Shown here piece after piece: positions 1 through 9,395 of a stretch of 64,000 nt of DNA. The position numbers and the translations under genes are program-made. The notes under the pieces are model-generated. The model worked only from the letters and a program-made list of their open reading frames with translations, did not search any database and had not been told where the DNA came from. The DNA is from a virus. How positions within the stretch are numbered: position 1 is the first letter of the stretch; every line of letters starts with the position of its first letter. The DNA lies in IMG/VR virus record IMGVR_UViG_3300023273_000426, positions 9,461-73,460 of that record; one strand, written 5' to 3'.

Positions 1-18
1 TCCTGCTTTTATTCCCAT
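1..18 (-). CDS. 5' end of a gene running off the left edge (MGIKAG...)
   Basis: ATG at 18-16 overlaps the TAA of the upstream ORF (TAATG coupling). Only 6 codons are visible. Confidence 0.35.
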
Positions 19-617
19 TATGCTATATACTCCTTTAATATTTCTATTGCCTCGTGCCAGCTAACATATTGTTCTGTTTCAATATCCCAAACTGGTTGAA
101 AGCATACTGTCCATCGTGGCTGGTTTCCTGGATTAAGTGTACCATGCAATACACCTGTATTTACAATACTAGGTTTATTTGTATTAGCTCTATGCAATAC
201 TGTACAATCTTTTGGTGATGCTGTTAATACTGTAATTTCATCATTGTATATTATGCTTTCGTCGCCTTTTGTATTTACACCAGGCTTAACTGTATATTCA
301 AAAGTTTTATCTGCTTTGTACCATATTATTTCGCCATCTTCAGGTCCCCACGTTTGATTTATCTTTACAAATTCAGTTTCGTAATGATAAAAGTCTGTAT
401 GTATTGGTACCTTGCCGCCGTTTGGCGGAGTATAAAAACATTCAATCATCAACAACTTCATATCAAACTGTGCTAAGAAATCTACCATATTTTGATCGTA
501 GTGATTGGGCAAATGCTGTTGCATTACAGTTTTTTGATTAGTATCAAATAGATCTGGTTTTTTAATTTCAAAAGGAAGATCTATATATCTATGATATCTG
601 TTATAAAAGTTTTCCAA
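18..617 (-). CDS. hypothetical protein, possible cupin/2OG-Fe(II)-type double-stranded beta-helix fold
   Basis: 199 aa ORF with HxD (IHTD), a distal His (VLHG) and RW near the C-terminus, a layout typical of phage DSBH proteins. Confidence 0.45.
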   Translation of the reverse strand: MENFYNRYHRYIDLPFEIKKPDLFDTNQKTVMQQHLPNHYDQNMVDFLAQFDMKLLMIECFYTPPNGGKVPIHTDFYHYETEFVKINQTWGPEDGEIIWYKADKTFEYTVKPGVNTKGDESIIYNDEITVLTASPKDCTVLHRANTNKPSIVNTGVLHGTLNPGNQPRWTVCFQPVWDIETEQYVSWHEAIEILKEYIA

Positions 618-1107
618 AATCTATTATCTCACACTGTCTACTTATATCCTTAACAAAAAATGCACATAGAGGATTTTCTCCTTCTGTAATCGGAACACTT
701 AAAAGTTGTCCGTTTTTCATTTTAGGAAAATACCATTTAACATCGTTATAGAAATTTACTATCTCAATGCTACCAAATCCTGGCTGAAAACTAGTTAGTG
801 GATTGAACAAAAAAGATTCAAATCCACGTTCATTTAAACTTGTAATCGGCAATACTTCTAAATCACTGCCGGCTTCACTACATCCAACAGCAATACACCA
901 ATCCAATGGCATAGTAACTTGATGTCCATTAATTTCTATAACTGCTGCCGGACTATTAAAACTTTCTAAAAAGATTAATGGTACATAAAAGAAATCAGGA
1001 TCTTGTGGACTACTGTTATCTAACACACTAAATCGCATAGTGTCGTCTACTTCTTCTGGCAAACTATTTAAGTTAAAACTTTTATTTTCTAATGTAAGTA
1101 TATTCAT
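601..1107 (-). CDS. hypothetical protein, possible degenerate Hint-like beta fold
   Basis: 168 aa ORF coupled to the helicase (ATGA/ATAA-type overlap at 1104-1107). Beta-rich. Confidence 0.55.
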   Translation of the reverse strand: MNILTLENKSFNLNSLPEEVDDTMRFSVLDNSSPQDPDFFYVPLIFLESFNSPAAVIEINGHQVTMPLDWCIAVGCSEAGSDLEVLPITSLNERGFESFLFNPLTSFQPGFGSIEIVNFYNDVKWYFPKMKNGQLLSVPITEGENPLCAFFVKDISRQCEIIDFGKLL

Positions 1108-2585
1108 TTATTCCAATCTACTTTCTCAATTGTGAATGGATACTCTGCTTCTTTGTAAAACTTTTTACGCTGAGTTAGATGTCGCTTCGCAAACTTACAC
1201 GTACTTGTAAGATCCCATATTTGTACGAAGTCTTTATCTTTTGCCTTTCTTACGCCTCTACCAATACTTTGTATAACACGCACGAAAGACTTACCAGGCT
1301 CAAGGAGAACAAGATTAAAAATACGTGGAATGTTAAGGCCGACGGCGGCGACTCCATACGTTGCGATAATGACTTCATTAGTTCCTTCGCGAATCGTGTC
1401 ATATGTTTCCTTTCTGTCTTTGTTCTTAACAGCGCCGCTTATAAATGTGCTGCCTGGTATCAGTTCTGCTAGTGCTTCACCTGCACTAATTCTATCTACT
1501 AGTATAAGTGTATTGCCTGAGTCTTTTACTGTATTTAATAGTTTGCCTATATATTCTAAACGTGCTGTATTTGTTGTTAAATATTTTAATTCTTCTTGGT
1601 AGCCTGCATGTGCTACTGTATCTATTAGTTGTACTACATTAACATGACATTGTGATAATACACCTTTGTCTTGTAATTCTTTTGCACTAATATTGCCAAT
1701 CACTGGACCAAGACTAGCGTGAATACTTTCGAACTCAAACTTCTCTTTAGGCACCGTGCCAGTTAGTCCCCAACGTATGGGTGCATTACGTAGGTTGCGA
1801 GTAAGCAAGTTCTTAAGAACTTCTGCTTTGGCTTGGTGTACTTCGTCGACAATAATAGTGCTTACACCTTCTAAGAATTCGGCCAGTGATAACACTGCGC
1901 TTCCGTCCTTATGCTTCTTGTCTAGAATATTCAAACTCTGCCAAGTGCATATAGTGTGAGTCTTACCTAAGTTCTTCCTGTCTCCGAAGTACACCCCTAC
2001 ATCGAGACCGCAGTTAATATAGTCCTCTTCTGTTTGTTCTACTAAGCTCTTGTTAGGAACAATCACAAGACTTCTACCATACGGCTCAGTTATGTGTGAC
2101 AGCGTTGCTGTAGTAATAGTTTTACCTGCACCAGTAGCAATCTGTTGCAAGCTCTGTGGATTGTTTAAAAAGTTGTTGATTGCCTCAACTTGATAATCTC
2201 GAAGAATAATGTCTTCGCCTTCTGCAGGATGACCTTCCGGCCATTGTACGCCTTGGTCTGCCCAATAACTTTCTGTTACTGGAGTAAAGTTTAACTGTAT
2301 TGGATGTCGTCTGTCTTCAATGTCTACAATCTGTACACGATTTTTAGAGAGCACTTCTTGTACAACATCAAGATGATTAACATAACCAGTGCCGCCAATA
2401 CCAAAAAAAGCAACCTTGCCGTCCCAACGTCCGAGTTTGTATTGTGGCATGTGTTTTGCATATGGTACTTCAAACTTTAGTGCATTAGACAGTTTGCGTC
2501 TAACGTCTACATCAAGTCCTTCTATCTTAATGTTTACTTCATCTTCGATTATCAGTTTACAACTTGCCACTGGCATAACTCCCAA
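1104..2585 (-). CDS. uvsW: UvsW-like superfamily 2 DNA helicase (true start probably 2576 or GTG at 2570)
   Basis: Q motif LRDYQ, Walker A ATGAGKT, DEVH, motif III GLTGT, motif VI QSIGRGVR. T4-like context with uvsX, uvsY and gp32. Confidence 0.88.
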   Translation of the reverse strand: MGVMPVASCKLIIEDEVNIKIEGLDVDVRRKLSNALKFEVPYAKHMPQYKLGRWDGKVAFFGIGGTGYVNHLDVVQEVLSKNRVQIVDIEDRRHPIQLNFTPVTESYWADQGVQWPEGHPAEGEDIILRDYQVEAINNFLNNPQSLQQIATGAGKTITTATLSHITEPYGRSLVIVPNKSLVEQTEEDYINCGLDVGVYFGDRKNLGKTHTICTWQSLNILDKKHKDGSAVLSLAEFLEGVSTIIVDEVHQAKAEVLKNLLTRNLRNAPIRWGLTGTVPKEKFEFESIHASLGPVIGNISAKELQDKGVLSQCHVNVVQLIDTVAHAGYQEELKYLTTNTARLEYIGKLLNTVKDSGNTLILVDRISAGEALAELIPGSTFISGAVKNKDRKETYDTIREGTNEVIIATYGVAAVGLNIPRIFNLVLLEPGKSFVRVIQSIGRGVRKAKDKDFVQIWDLTSTCKFAKRHLTQRKKFYKEAEYPFTIEKVDWNK

Positions 2586-3726
2586 AAAGACCTACATGAT
2601 TATCATTATATATAATGCAGTCGCAGTTTATATCTACATAATACTTTACATTACTACGTGAGCGTATGCTAGATTTACTTAAACAACAAATAGGTAAAAA
2701 ACTAGAACTCAATAAAGTCTTAGGTAGTTTGTTCTTTTTAATATATACTATTTTTGTGTTGTTGTCAACCCAATTATTTAACTTTTGATTTTTTACATAT
2801 GCATTTAACTCTAAGTTTTTTGTATCACTTGAATCTACTCTAAACATAACCGATTGCAAACTACTATCAACATATGGTAAAAATGCTTGATGAGCTTCAA
2901 TAAGTTGTTGATGACAATCATCTTCATCAACTGTAACAATCAACGGAAACCGATTGAGTACATTAATACTATTTGCAATATCACTCATTGTCCATGTTTG
3001 AGGGTCTGCTGGTACAGACGAACTTGTTCTATAAGCAATCATTTCAGTTAAGTCTAGAGAATCAATGTTATCATTTGAATAGCCGTATCTTAATGAACGA
3101 TCAGCTTGTTGTAAAGGTGTTAGACTTTTTATGTATTCGCGTTCTGTTGTATCCATTCTGTTTAATACATTTTCAAATGACGAACTATACTTTGATTTAT
3201 CATCTAATATATTTTTAACTTTGTTAACATATTCAACTATTATTTCATCAGTTTTAAAACTACGTTCTTCTAATGCGCTGAGTATTTTAAACGCATTAGT
3301 TGGTGTTAGTTTATAAAAGTGTTCGTGCGATCCGCGAACATGAAAATATTCTCGATTTGGTATATTTAAACTTTGTATTTTTACTATATCTTTTTTATTA
3401 AACGGAAATCTCACCTTGATCCATGTAGAATCTTTCGACGATGGTTTGAACCGTGGTCGACCAGGAATACTTTCTCCATCAATAATAATAATATATTTTT
3501 CTCTATTAACAGATCTCAACGGCATACGTGTTGGTAAATCTTCTATAGAAATATTATCCAACTCTGATTCAAATGGTTTTAGCTTTTCTAAAACCAATGC
3601 ATATTGTCTATCAGTTAATGCAACATCTTTTTGTGTTTGTTGACATATACTTTCTAAAATAGCACGAGCAGGCGTTTCTATGTTAACTTCGTATAATAGT
3701 TTATGGAGTACATTTTCTAAGTTCAT
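2557..3726 (-). CDS. hypothetical protein
   Basis: 389 aa ORF with its own sigma70-like promoter, overlapping the helicase start. Confidence 0.7.
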   Translation of the reverse strand: MNLENVLHKLLYEVNIETPARAILESICQQTQKDVALTDRQYALVLEKLKPFESELDNISIEDLPTRMPLRSVNREKYIIIIDGESIPGRPRFKPSSKDSTWIKVRFPFNKKDIVKIQSLNIPNREYFHVRGSHEHFYKLTPTNAFKILSALEERSFKTDEIIVEYVNKVKNILDDKSKYSSSFENVLNRMDTTEREYIKSLTPLQQADRSLRYGYSNDNIDSLDLTEMIAYRTSSSVPADPQTWTMSDIANSINVLNRFPLIVTVDEDDCHQQLIEAHQAFLPYVDSSLQSVMFRVDSSDTKNLELNAYVKNQKLNNWVDNNTKIVYIKKNKLPKTLLSSSFLPICCLSKSSIRSRSNVKYYVDINCDCIIYNDNHVGLFGSYASGKL

Positions 3727-3732
3727 ACAAAC

Positions 3733-3761
3733 AATATAACATATTACAACCTACTAGTCAA
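3733..3761 (-). promoter_or_regulatory. sigma70-like early promoter
   Basis: TTGACT-17 nt-TATATT with TGn extension, ending 6 nt before the ATG at 3726. Confidence 0.65.
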
Positions 3762-4589
3762 GTTTTTCAGTGACAATCCTTGAGATATTTCATCAAGAGT
3801 ATATTCGGTGTGAGCATAATCATTTAGCCATTGCTTACGGTTTGGCCTCCTTGGATGTTCTATATTTTTAAAATCAGTGTTTGAAACATCATACGCAAGA
3901 CTGCTTGGCCCAGAAAATACTGGTATGCCAGCTAGTATAGCCAATGGCCCGGGATTACTACTCCAACTTACAACAGCGTGAACTTTGTTAAATGATAGAT
4001 TATAATCATCATACGTATTCAATAGTTTTTGAGGCTGATCTCTATAAACATTTTTATACTGTCTTTCAATGTCCGGCAACGGGCATCTTGGATGTGGTCG
4101 AAAAACTATAGGCATATCAGTATATGTTTGTATTTCATCTATAGTATTCATCACCCAGTTACTCATACGTGGCATGCCTTGCCACTGTAGGCTTTTATCA
4201 TGTTGCCCGCATATTAGTATATACTCGCCGTTGTCTCGCCACGGCTTTAGAGATAGACCGAGTAGACAACAGCGATCACTGTTATTACTATTAGGCCCAA
4301 AGTAAGCATCTCTATTGATGCCATTTAGTCCCACCTTCCATGTTGTTCCTCGATTGATTCCACCCACTTCCAATACGATTGTTGGTTTGCCGGTCTGTTG
4401 ATTTTCATTCCAAATACGTGCGTTAGGAGCCATCCTACCGTGAAATAATACACTCCATATAACATCAATGCCATTATTACTAGCATTATCGCTACAAGTG
4501 TGCCCAAGTGCATTAGCACCTTGTCTAAAAGCATCGAAAACAGGGGTTGAATTTTGTGCGCCATATTGTGTCCATAAATTAAAGTTCAT
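3744..4589 (-). CDS. glycosyltransferase-like protein (capsule-synthesis KpsC/KpsS-like)
   Basis: IVFRPHP motif plus VVSWSS..AILAGIPV. Paralogous to 5436-6365 and 6352-7164. Start placed at ATG 4589 (MNFNLW). Confidence 0.6.
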   Translation of the reverse strand: MNFNLWTQYGAQNSTPVFDAFRQGANALGHTCSDNASNNGIDVIWSVLFHGRMAPNARIWNENQQTGKPTIVLEVGGINRGTTWKVGLNGINRDAYFGPNSNNSDRCCLLGLSLKPWRDNGEYILICGQHDKSLQWQGMPRMSNWVMNTIDEIQTYTDMPIVFRPHPRCPLPDIERQYKNVYRDQPQKLLNTYDDYNLSFNKVHAVVSWSSNPGPLAILAGIPVFSGPSSLAYDVSNTDFKNIEHPRRPNRKQWLNDYAHTEYTLDEISQGLSLKNLTSRL

Positions 4590-4590
4590 T

Positions 4591-4617
4591 GTTAAATATC
4601 CTAGTACACTATTTAAC
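4591..4617. promoter_or_regulatory. pair of late-type promoters (TTAAATA on each strand) serving divergent glycosyltransferase genes
   Basis: Inverted repeat gttaaata(4591-4598)...tatttaac(4610-4617) between divergent starts at 4589 and 4630. Resembles the T4 late box TATAAATA. Confidence 0.5.
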
Positions 4618-4629
4618 AAGGATTAGCCC

Positions 4630-5448
4630 GTGACAACAATTTCTTTTGTATCAACTTTCCACAAGCCTGTATTAGATTTATACGGGCAACGCTTTGTTGA
4701 CAGTTTTAGTAAAAACATTGATCAACAAATAAAACTTTATCTGTATGCAGAAGACTGTGTTCCTGTTACAGATGATCCACGTATACACATTATGGATCAT
4801 CATGCAACACTTCCAAAACTAGTTGCATTTAAAAACAAATGGAAAGATGTGCCTAAAGCAAATGGAAAATGTCCATGGCCTGAAAGGCGTCCAAGAGATC
4901 ATCATAAAGAGTTTAAATGGAATGCAATACGATTTGCCAACAAAGTATATGCAGTATTTGATGCTGCACAACGTTGCGATACAGATTGGCTTGTTTGGCT
5001 AGATGCTGATACGTATGTACACTCGCCTGCATTATTAATGGACTTGCAAAAGTTTACACCCAAACGTGCTTGGATGAGTTATTTAGGCAGAGGAAAGAAG
5101 TGGCCCGAGTGCGGGTTTTACGGGCTAAATCTTAAAACAGATGCAGCACAAGAGTTTTTAGCAGAGTTTGAACGTGTGTACCAAGATGCTGAAAATGGAA
5201 TATTCCAAATGGAAGAATGGCATGATAGTTATGTATTTGAAGAAGTAAGAAAAAAGATACAACACAAACATAGCCGAGTGCCGTTTTTTAACATAAGCGG
5301 TGATTTAATAAACGGCGAAGGACACCCAATGATTAACAGTGATTTAGGAAAATATTTTGATCACTTGAAAGGCGACAGAAAAGAAGTTGGGAAAAGCAAC
5401 AAACCAAAAGACTTGAAAGTTAAACGCACTGAAAGTTATTGGCAGTAG
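4630..5448 (+). CDS. GT-A fold nucleotide-diphospho-sugar transferase
   Basis: WLDAD DxD motif, ECGF, WHDSYVF, DHLKG. GTG start with AAGGA RBS. Paralog of 11046-11798. Confidence 0.7.
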   Translation: MTTISFVSTFHKPVLDLYGQRFVDSFSKNIDQQIKLYLYAEDCVPVTDDPRIHIMDHHATLPKLVAFKNKWKDVPKANGKCPWPERRPRDHHKEFKWNAIRFANKVYAVFDAAQRCDTDWLVWLDADTYVHSPALLMDLQKFTPKRAWMSYLGRGKKWPECGFYGLNLKTDAAQEFLAEFERVYQDAENGIFQMEEWHDSYVFEEVRKKIQHKHSRVPFFNISGDLINGEGHPMINSDLGKYFDHLKGDRKEVGKSNKPKDLKVKRTESYWQ

Positions 5449-6365
5449 TTGCGCATATGCCGCCAACAAGTTCCATTGCGCAGTTCATCAAATTTCCAGT
5501 GGAACATACTAATACGTTGTAGCCATGCTTCTCTGTCAAACTCTTTTGGGCTTTCTAATCTGTGGAAATCATCATGCGAAACATCACTACACTGACTGTT
5601 TGTACTATCGGTTATAAATGAGTGATACCCTTGTATAATAGGACCTACTACGCTACTACTGTTATGGTTAACCACTGCCCATGCTTTGTGCATGTCTTGT
5701 TCCAGCGGTGTGCCAAACTCACTTATTCGTACGCCTCTTATTTTTGCCAGTCGAGAAGTACGATGATTTAAATATTGATGTGCCGCTTTGTCGCCTGGGT
5801 GTGCTCTAACAACAATGGGCCTGTCGCTGTGTTTTCGAATACGATTAATAGTTTGTATTGCCCATTCTTGCACATCTAGCCCTTTCATGCTCCAACCACC
5901 GTTGCGTTGCATCATTAGAACAATAAACTTTCCTTTTTTAATAGTAGGTTGTAACTGTATGCCAGTGTCTCTACTAATAATATTCCATCTATTAGGATCA
6001 ACGTGTGCATCGCAATATTCGCCAGTTGTAGGGAATATTCCATTAAAACTATATCGTAGATAGCCATGCGGATTAAGTTTATTAGCATATAAAAAAAGAT
6101 TAGCATCGGCGCAGCAAACATGTTTATTTGTTTTAGCTTGATGATTAATAATGTCGTCTCTTAACTTTAAATGAGGAGTAGTTTTTTTATCATATACCCA
6201 TCCTTGTATAACTCCAACATCAGAGTTTACTAAGTGTTCTCCATCATGTAGTATACCGGTATCGCCTGCTGCATTAACACCTTGTACAAAATGTTTTAAT
6301 AACAATGTCTTTTGTTCATTGCTGTTTGCTCTTGGAACACTTTTAAGATAACTAACTACTTTCAT
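5436..6365 (-). CDS. glycosyltransferase-like protein (capsule-synthesis KpsC/KpsS-like)
   Basis: IVVRAHP and VVNHNSS motifs. Paralog of the neighbouring ORFs. Confidence 0.6.
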   Translation of the reverse strand: MKVVSYLKSVPRANSNEQKTLLLKHFVQGVNAAGDTGILHDGEHLVNSDVGVIQGWVYDKKTTPHLKLRDDIINHQAKTNKHVCCADANLFLYANKLNPHGYLRYSFNGIFPTTGEYCDAHVDPNRWNIISRDTGIQLQPTIKKGKFIVLMMQRNGGWSMKGLDVQEWAIQTINRIRKHSDRPIVVRAHPGDKAAHQYLNHRTSRLAKIRGVRISEFGTPLEQDMHKAWAVVNHNSSSVVGPIIQGYHSFITDSTNSQCSDVSHDDFHRLESPKEFDREAWLQRISMFHWKFDELRNGTCWRHMRNYCQ

Positions 6366-7164
6366 TTAGTATTTCCCAGGCAATGCCTGTACGCATTTCT
6401 TTGGCTGTAAACTGACAATAACTTAGATGTGCAGCAAATGCAGTCATGTCGACAGGGTTAGGTATATACAAATCATTTATCTGAGATATTTCAGTATTAC
6501 AAAACATTGTTGCTGAATTTTGTGCTAATGCTATTGCAGGAACACCGTAAAGTAATGCTTCAGTGGCCGCAATGCTATTATAAGTAACTACGCAATATGC
6601 ATCCTCCATAGCCTGCTGAATAGTATTTGTACTAGTTCGATCGGTACGTGAAGGTTTTAGTCTAACTTCAATATCCATTGATGTATATTTTTTAATCTCT
6701 GCTATAGTTTCTTGCATCCATGTATCCAAGTTATATCCATTAAATACCATAACTTTTTCACTTGGTGGAACTATTAATATTTTTGATCCAGGGCGATGAT
6801 TTCTATATCTCCATTTTAATAGACCGAGTCTATCGTGGTCTCTAGGAATACAAGGTCCAAGATTTTGCATAGCGTTTTTTGTAATTCGATGATAATCTTT
6901 TTTGACACCAGCTTGTATATATCCAGTATCAATAGTATAAAAATCAATATTATGTTGCTGACAGTACCTAATAGCTTTACGACTAGTGCCGCCTATGCCT
7001 CTACAAACTAATGGATTGGTAGTGCCTTTCTTAGCGTCCCATTCGCCAAGTTTGCCACCGCATCCAATAATAAATGATTCAAGATAAGGATCGTATTCAA
7101 CACCTTTTTTTGATAAATCAAAATCTTCTGTATCTGGTGCTATTGCTTGTACTTTTCTGCCCAT
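6352..7164 (-). CDS. glycosyltransferase-like protein (capsule-synthesis-like); frame stays open upstream to 7347
   Basis: IEVRLKP, VVTYNSIAATEALLYGVP and YCQFT motifs. AAGGA RBS before the ATG at 7164. Confidence 0.6.
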   Translation of the reverse strand: MGRKVQAIAPDTEDFDLSKKGVEYDPYLESFIIGCGGKLGEWDAKKGTTNPLVCRGIGGTSRKAIRYCQQHNIDFYTIDTGYIQAGVKKDYHRITKNAMQNLGPCIPRDHDRLGLLKWRYRNHRPGSKILIVPPSEKVMVFNGYNLDTWMQETIAEIKKYTSMDIEVRLKPSRTDRTSTNTIQQAMEDAYCVVTYNSIAATEALLYGVPAIALAQNSATMFCNTEISQINDLYIPNPVDMTAFAAHLSYCQFTAKEMRTGIAWEILNESS

Positions 7165-7307
7165 ATTATTTTCCTTAACTTCTTTTAATATTTTATCCGG
7201 CTGGTATACTACTCTGTCAGGATCAACTATATCCTGTACTGTTGCATTAAAATAATCAATAAGATATTTTGGATAATCTAAGTCGTCTATTTTTCTATCT
7301 CTAAATC

Positions 7308-8063
7308 TTAAATCACCGATCTTTTTTTTTGACTTTCGATTATTTCTTCATGCATACGACTTTTTGCATTATACCATTCACTTGCATATTCGCAAGATTC
7401 ATATTGTTTAAACCAAGGGCCACCTTCTGTGTAGTGTAAAAACTTTGGAGATCCATCCTCTGGTTCTTTGTACCATCCTACTAACCAGTTCCATTCGTGA
7501 CTTAGTTCTCCAATTTCTGTATCGTCTAGCCAACTAAATCTATGAAAGTATGCTCCAGTTTTATGTACATTGTTTACTTGTTCGGCTGTTATACTTGCAT
7601 TGCTAGGATGCCCACAGTTAATAAGCATCATACTACTCCAGTTTTTACGTGGATATATATGCTGAACTTGTCCGTCCATTTTTACAGTTTCTTTTGGAGT
7701 GTAATCATGTTGAGCGCACATCACAGCATATTTGTCATCAACTTGGTCAAACAATAGTTTAACATCTTCGAGAGCAACAAAGTCACAGTCAATAAACAAT
7801 GCCCAACCTTTATACTCGGTTAAATGCGGAATAAGAAATCTTGTAAATGTAAATTCTGTACTTGCTAACGCATCTACTGGTCTAGTATATACTTTATGCT
7901 TACGAAGTTCTTTTTGCTTCAATGGTATAACTTCAACAGGAACACTAGCAAGTTGTTCAATACTGCTTTTACACACTTGGTATGCAATATCTTCTCTGCT
8001 ATCCCAACCTACAAATATTTTTAATGGTTCAATAGGTTGATCTATTTTAATCTCTTCGCTCAA
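7308..8063 (-). CDS. GT8-like glycosyltransferase (CDI-like)
   Basis: IFVGWDSRE, STEFTFTRF, FIDCD (DxD), YPRKNWSS, EWNWLVG and HYTEGGPWF motifs. Confidence 0.8.
   Translation of the reverse strand: MSEEIKIDQPIEPLKIFVGWDSREDIAYQVCKSSIEQLASVPVEVIPLKQKELRKHKVYTRPVDALASTEFTFTRFLIPHLTEYKGWALFIDCDFVALEDVKLLFDQVDDKYAVMCAQHDYTPKETVKMDGQVQHIYPRKNWSSMMLINCGHPSNASITAEQVNNVHKTGAYFHRFSWLDDTEIGELSHEWNWLVGWYKEPEDGSPKFLHYTEGGPWFKQYESCEYASEWYNAKSRMHEEIIESQKKRSVI
7322..7330 (-). other. A9 slippery run, candidate -1 frameshift or transcriptional slippage site
   Basis: CAA AAA AAA AGA near the end of the GT8 ORF. The -1 frame is stop-free into the 6352-7164 ORF. Confidence 0.55.
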
Positions 8064-8811
8064 TATCTTTCTCCGTTAATTCGTTACCTAACCATACTTC
8101 TATTACACGAACTGTCTTTTCGTCATTGTTAACTGCTTTATGCCAGCAAAGTGCAGGTATATCTAAACTGTGACCTTGGCCAACAACATATGTGTGCTTT
8201 TCTTCGCCGTCATACTGTAGTGTAATCTCTACATTACCTTCAACTACATGCCAATGTTCCGAACGTGTAAAATGCCGTTGGTCGCTTAATGCTTTACCTG
8301 CATCAAACTCTAGTTGTTTTACTTGCCAGCCATCGCCCTTGTCTAGCACAGTGTATCTGCCCCAAGCACGTTCTGTAGTAGGTTGGCTCCATTCTTTTAG
8401 TATCCAACTGCTACTGTTTTTCTTGTCCTCACCGCCAACACCAAATACAAATTCTACATCAGGATGATTGCCGTATGTTGCTTGTTCTGGTATGCTACCA
8501 TCAACTCTATCGCCTCCGTTGGCGACAATCAACTTGCCTCTGTGTGTGGCAAGCAAATAACCAATAGCTTGTGTTGTGCCGCCTGTGTCGTCGTCTTTAA
8601 CAAGTATAACTTCATCAACACAAGCAAGTTCTTTTACTATTGCAGCACGTTCGTGAAAAGGCATAAACGGCCTGCCTTTTTTATTCACAAGCCATGTATC
8701 GCTGTTTAATCCTACAACTAGTTTATCGCCCAACTGTTTTGCTGCTTTAAAATATTCAATATGACCGCTGTGAAGTGGGTCGAACCCGCCTGTAACTAAT
8801 ACTGTTTTCAT
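8047..8811 (-). CDS. bifunctional cytidylyltransferase-family nucleotidyltransferase (RfaE/TagD-like) and C-terminal cupin (mannose-6-phosphate isomerase type II-like)
   Basis: TGGFDPLHSGH (HxGH), ANGGDR, NSSS, then RAWGRY..LSDQRHFTRSEHW..EVWLG..EKDIER. Confidence 0.85.
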   Translation of the reverse strand: MKTVLVTGGFDPLHSGHIEYFKAAKQLGDKLVVGLNSDTWLVNKKGRPFMPFHERAAIVKELACVDEVILVKDDDTGGTTQAIGYLLATHRGKLIVANGGDRVDGSIPEQATYGNHPDVEFVFGVGGEDKKNSSSWILKEWSQPTTERAWGRYTVLDKGDGWQVKQLEFDAGKALSDQRHFTRSEHWHVVEGNVEITLQYDGEEKHTYVVGQGHSLDIPALCWHKAVNNDEKTVRVIEVWLGNELTEKDIERRD

Positions 8812-8819
8812 AATAGTAC

Positions 8820-9395
8820 TTATATGATAGTTTTATTCTGTTCTAAAAAAGTGGCATATGTTATTTGTTCGTAGTTAATATTTTTATTTACAAACCACGT
8901 TTCGTATATTTTTTCAGGTTCGTCATTTATGAATACTTGATCAACTGCAACTTTGTATCCATTGCTAACCATAAACTCTTTTGCAAGTAGATTATATTTG
9001 CTGCCTTCTTGATACTCATCGTGTTCAAATGTTATACAGTCAAATGTAACGCCTTGACTTATTACTCGTTGTAATGCTCGAAATGTATTTGCAGCAGGTT
9101 CGATATCACAGCTCAAATATCCTACATGCATATTCATATTATTTTCTTGTATTGCTTTTTGATAATCAAAAGTTAGTGCATTTTCAAAATAACATTTATT
9201 GTTTCTAGATTCTGCTTGCCAATCTGGTAAGTGTTTTTGTGAAAGCTCAATACTAAAACCTTGAAAGTTGTTGTTTTCTAACTCGTATGTGTTGTTAAAC
9301 TTTACAGGTTTTTTGGCGCCGATTTCGATATAAGATTTTGTAGTGCATATGTTTAATGCAAATAAATCTTGACATGATTGAGAATAGGATTTCAT
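8820..9395 (-). CDS. FkbM-like SAM-dependent methyltransferase
   Basis: YSQSCQD, YIEIGA, NNTYELE, YLSCDIE and ITFEHD motifs. Confidence 0.7.
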   Translation of the reverse strand: MKSYSQSCQDLFALNICTTKSYIEIGAKKPVKFNNTYELENNNFQGFSIELSQKHLPDWQAESRNNKCYFENALTFDYQKAIQENNMNMHVGYLSCDIEPAANTFRALQRVISQGVTFDCITFEHDEYQEGSKYNLLAKEFMVSNGYKVAVDQVFINDEPEKIYETWFVNKNINYEQITYATFLEQNKTII

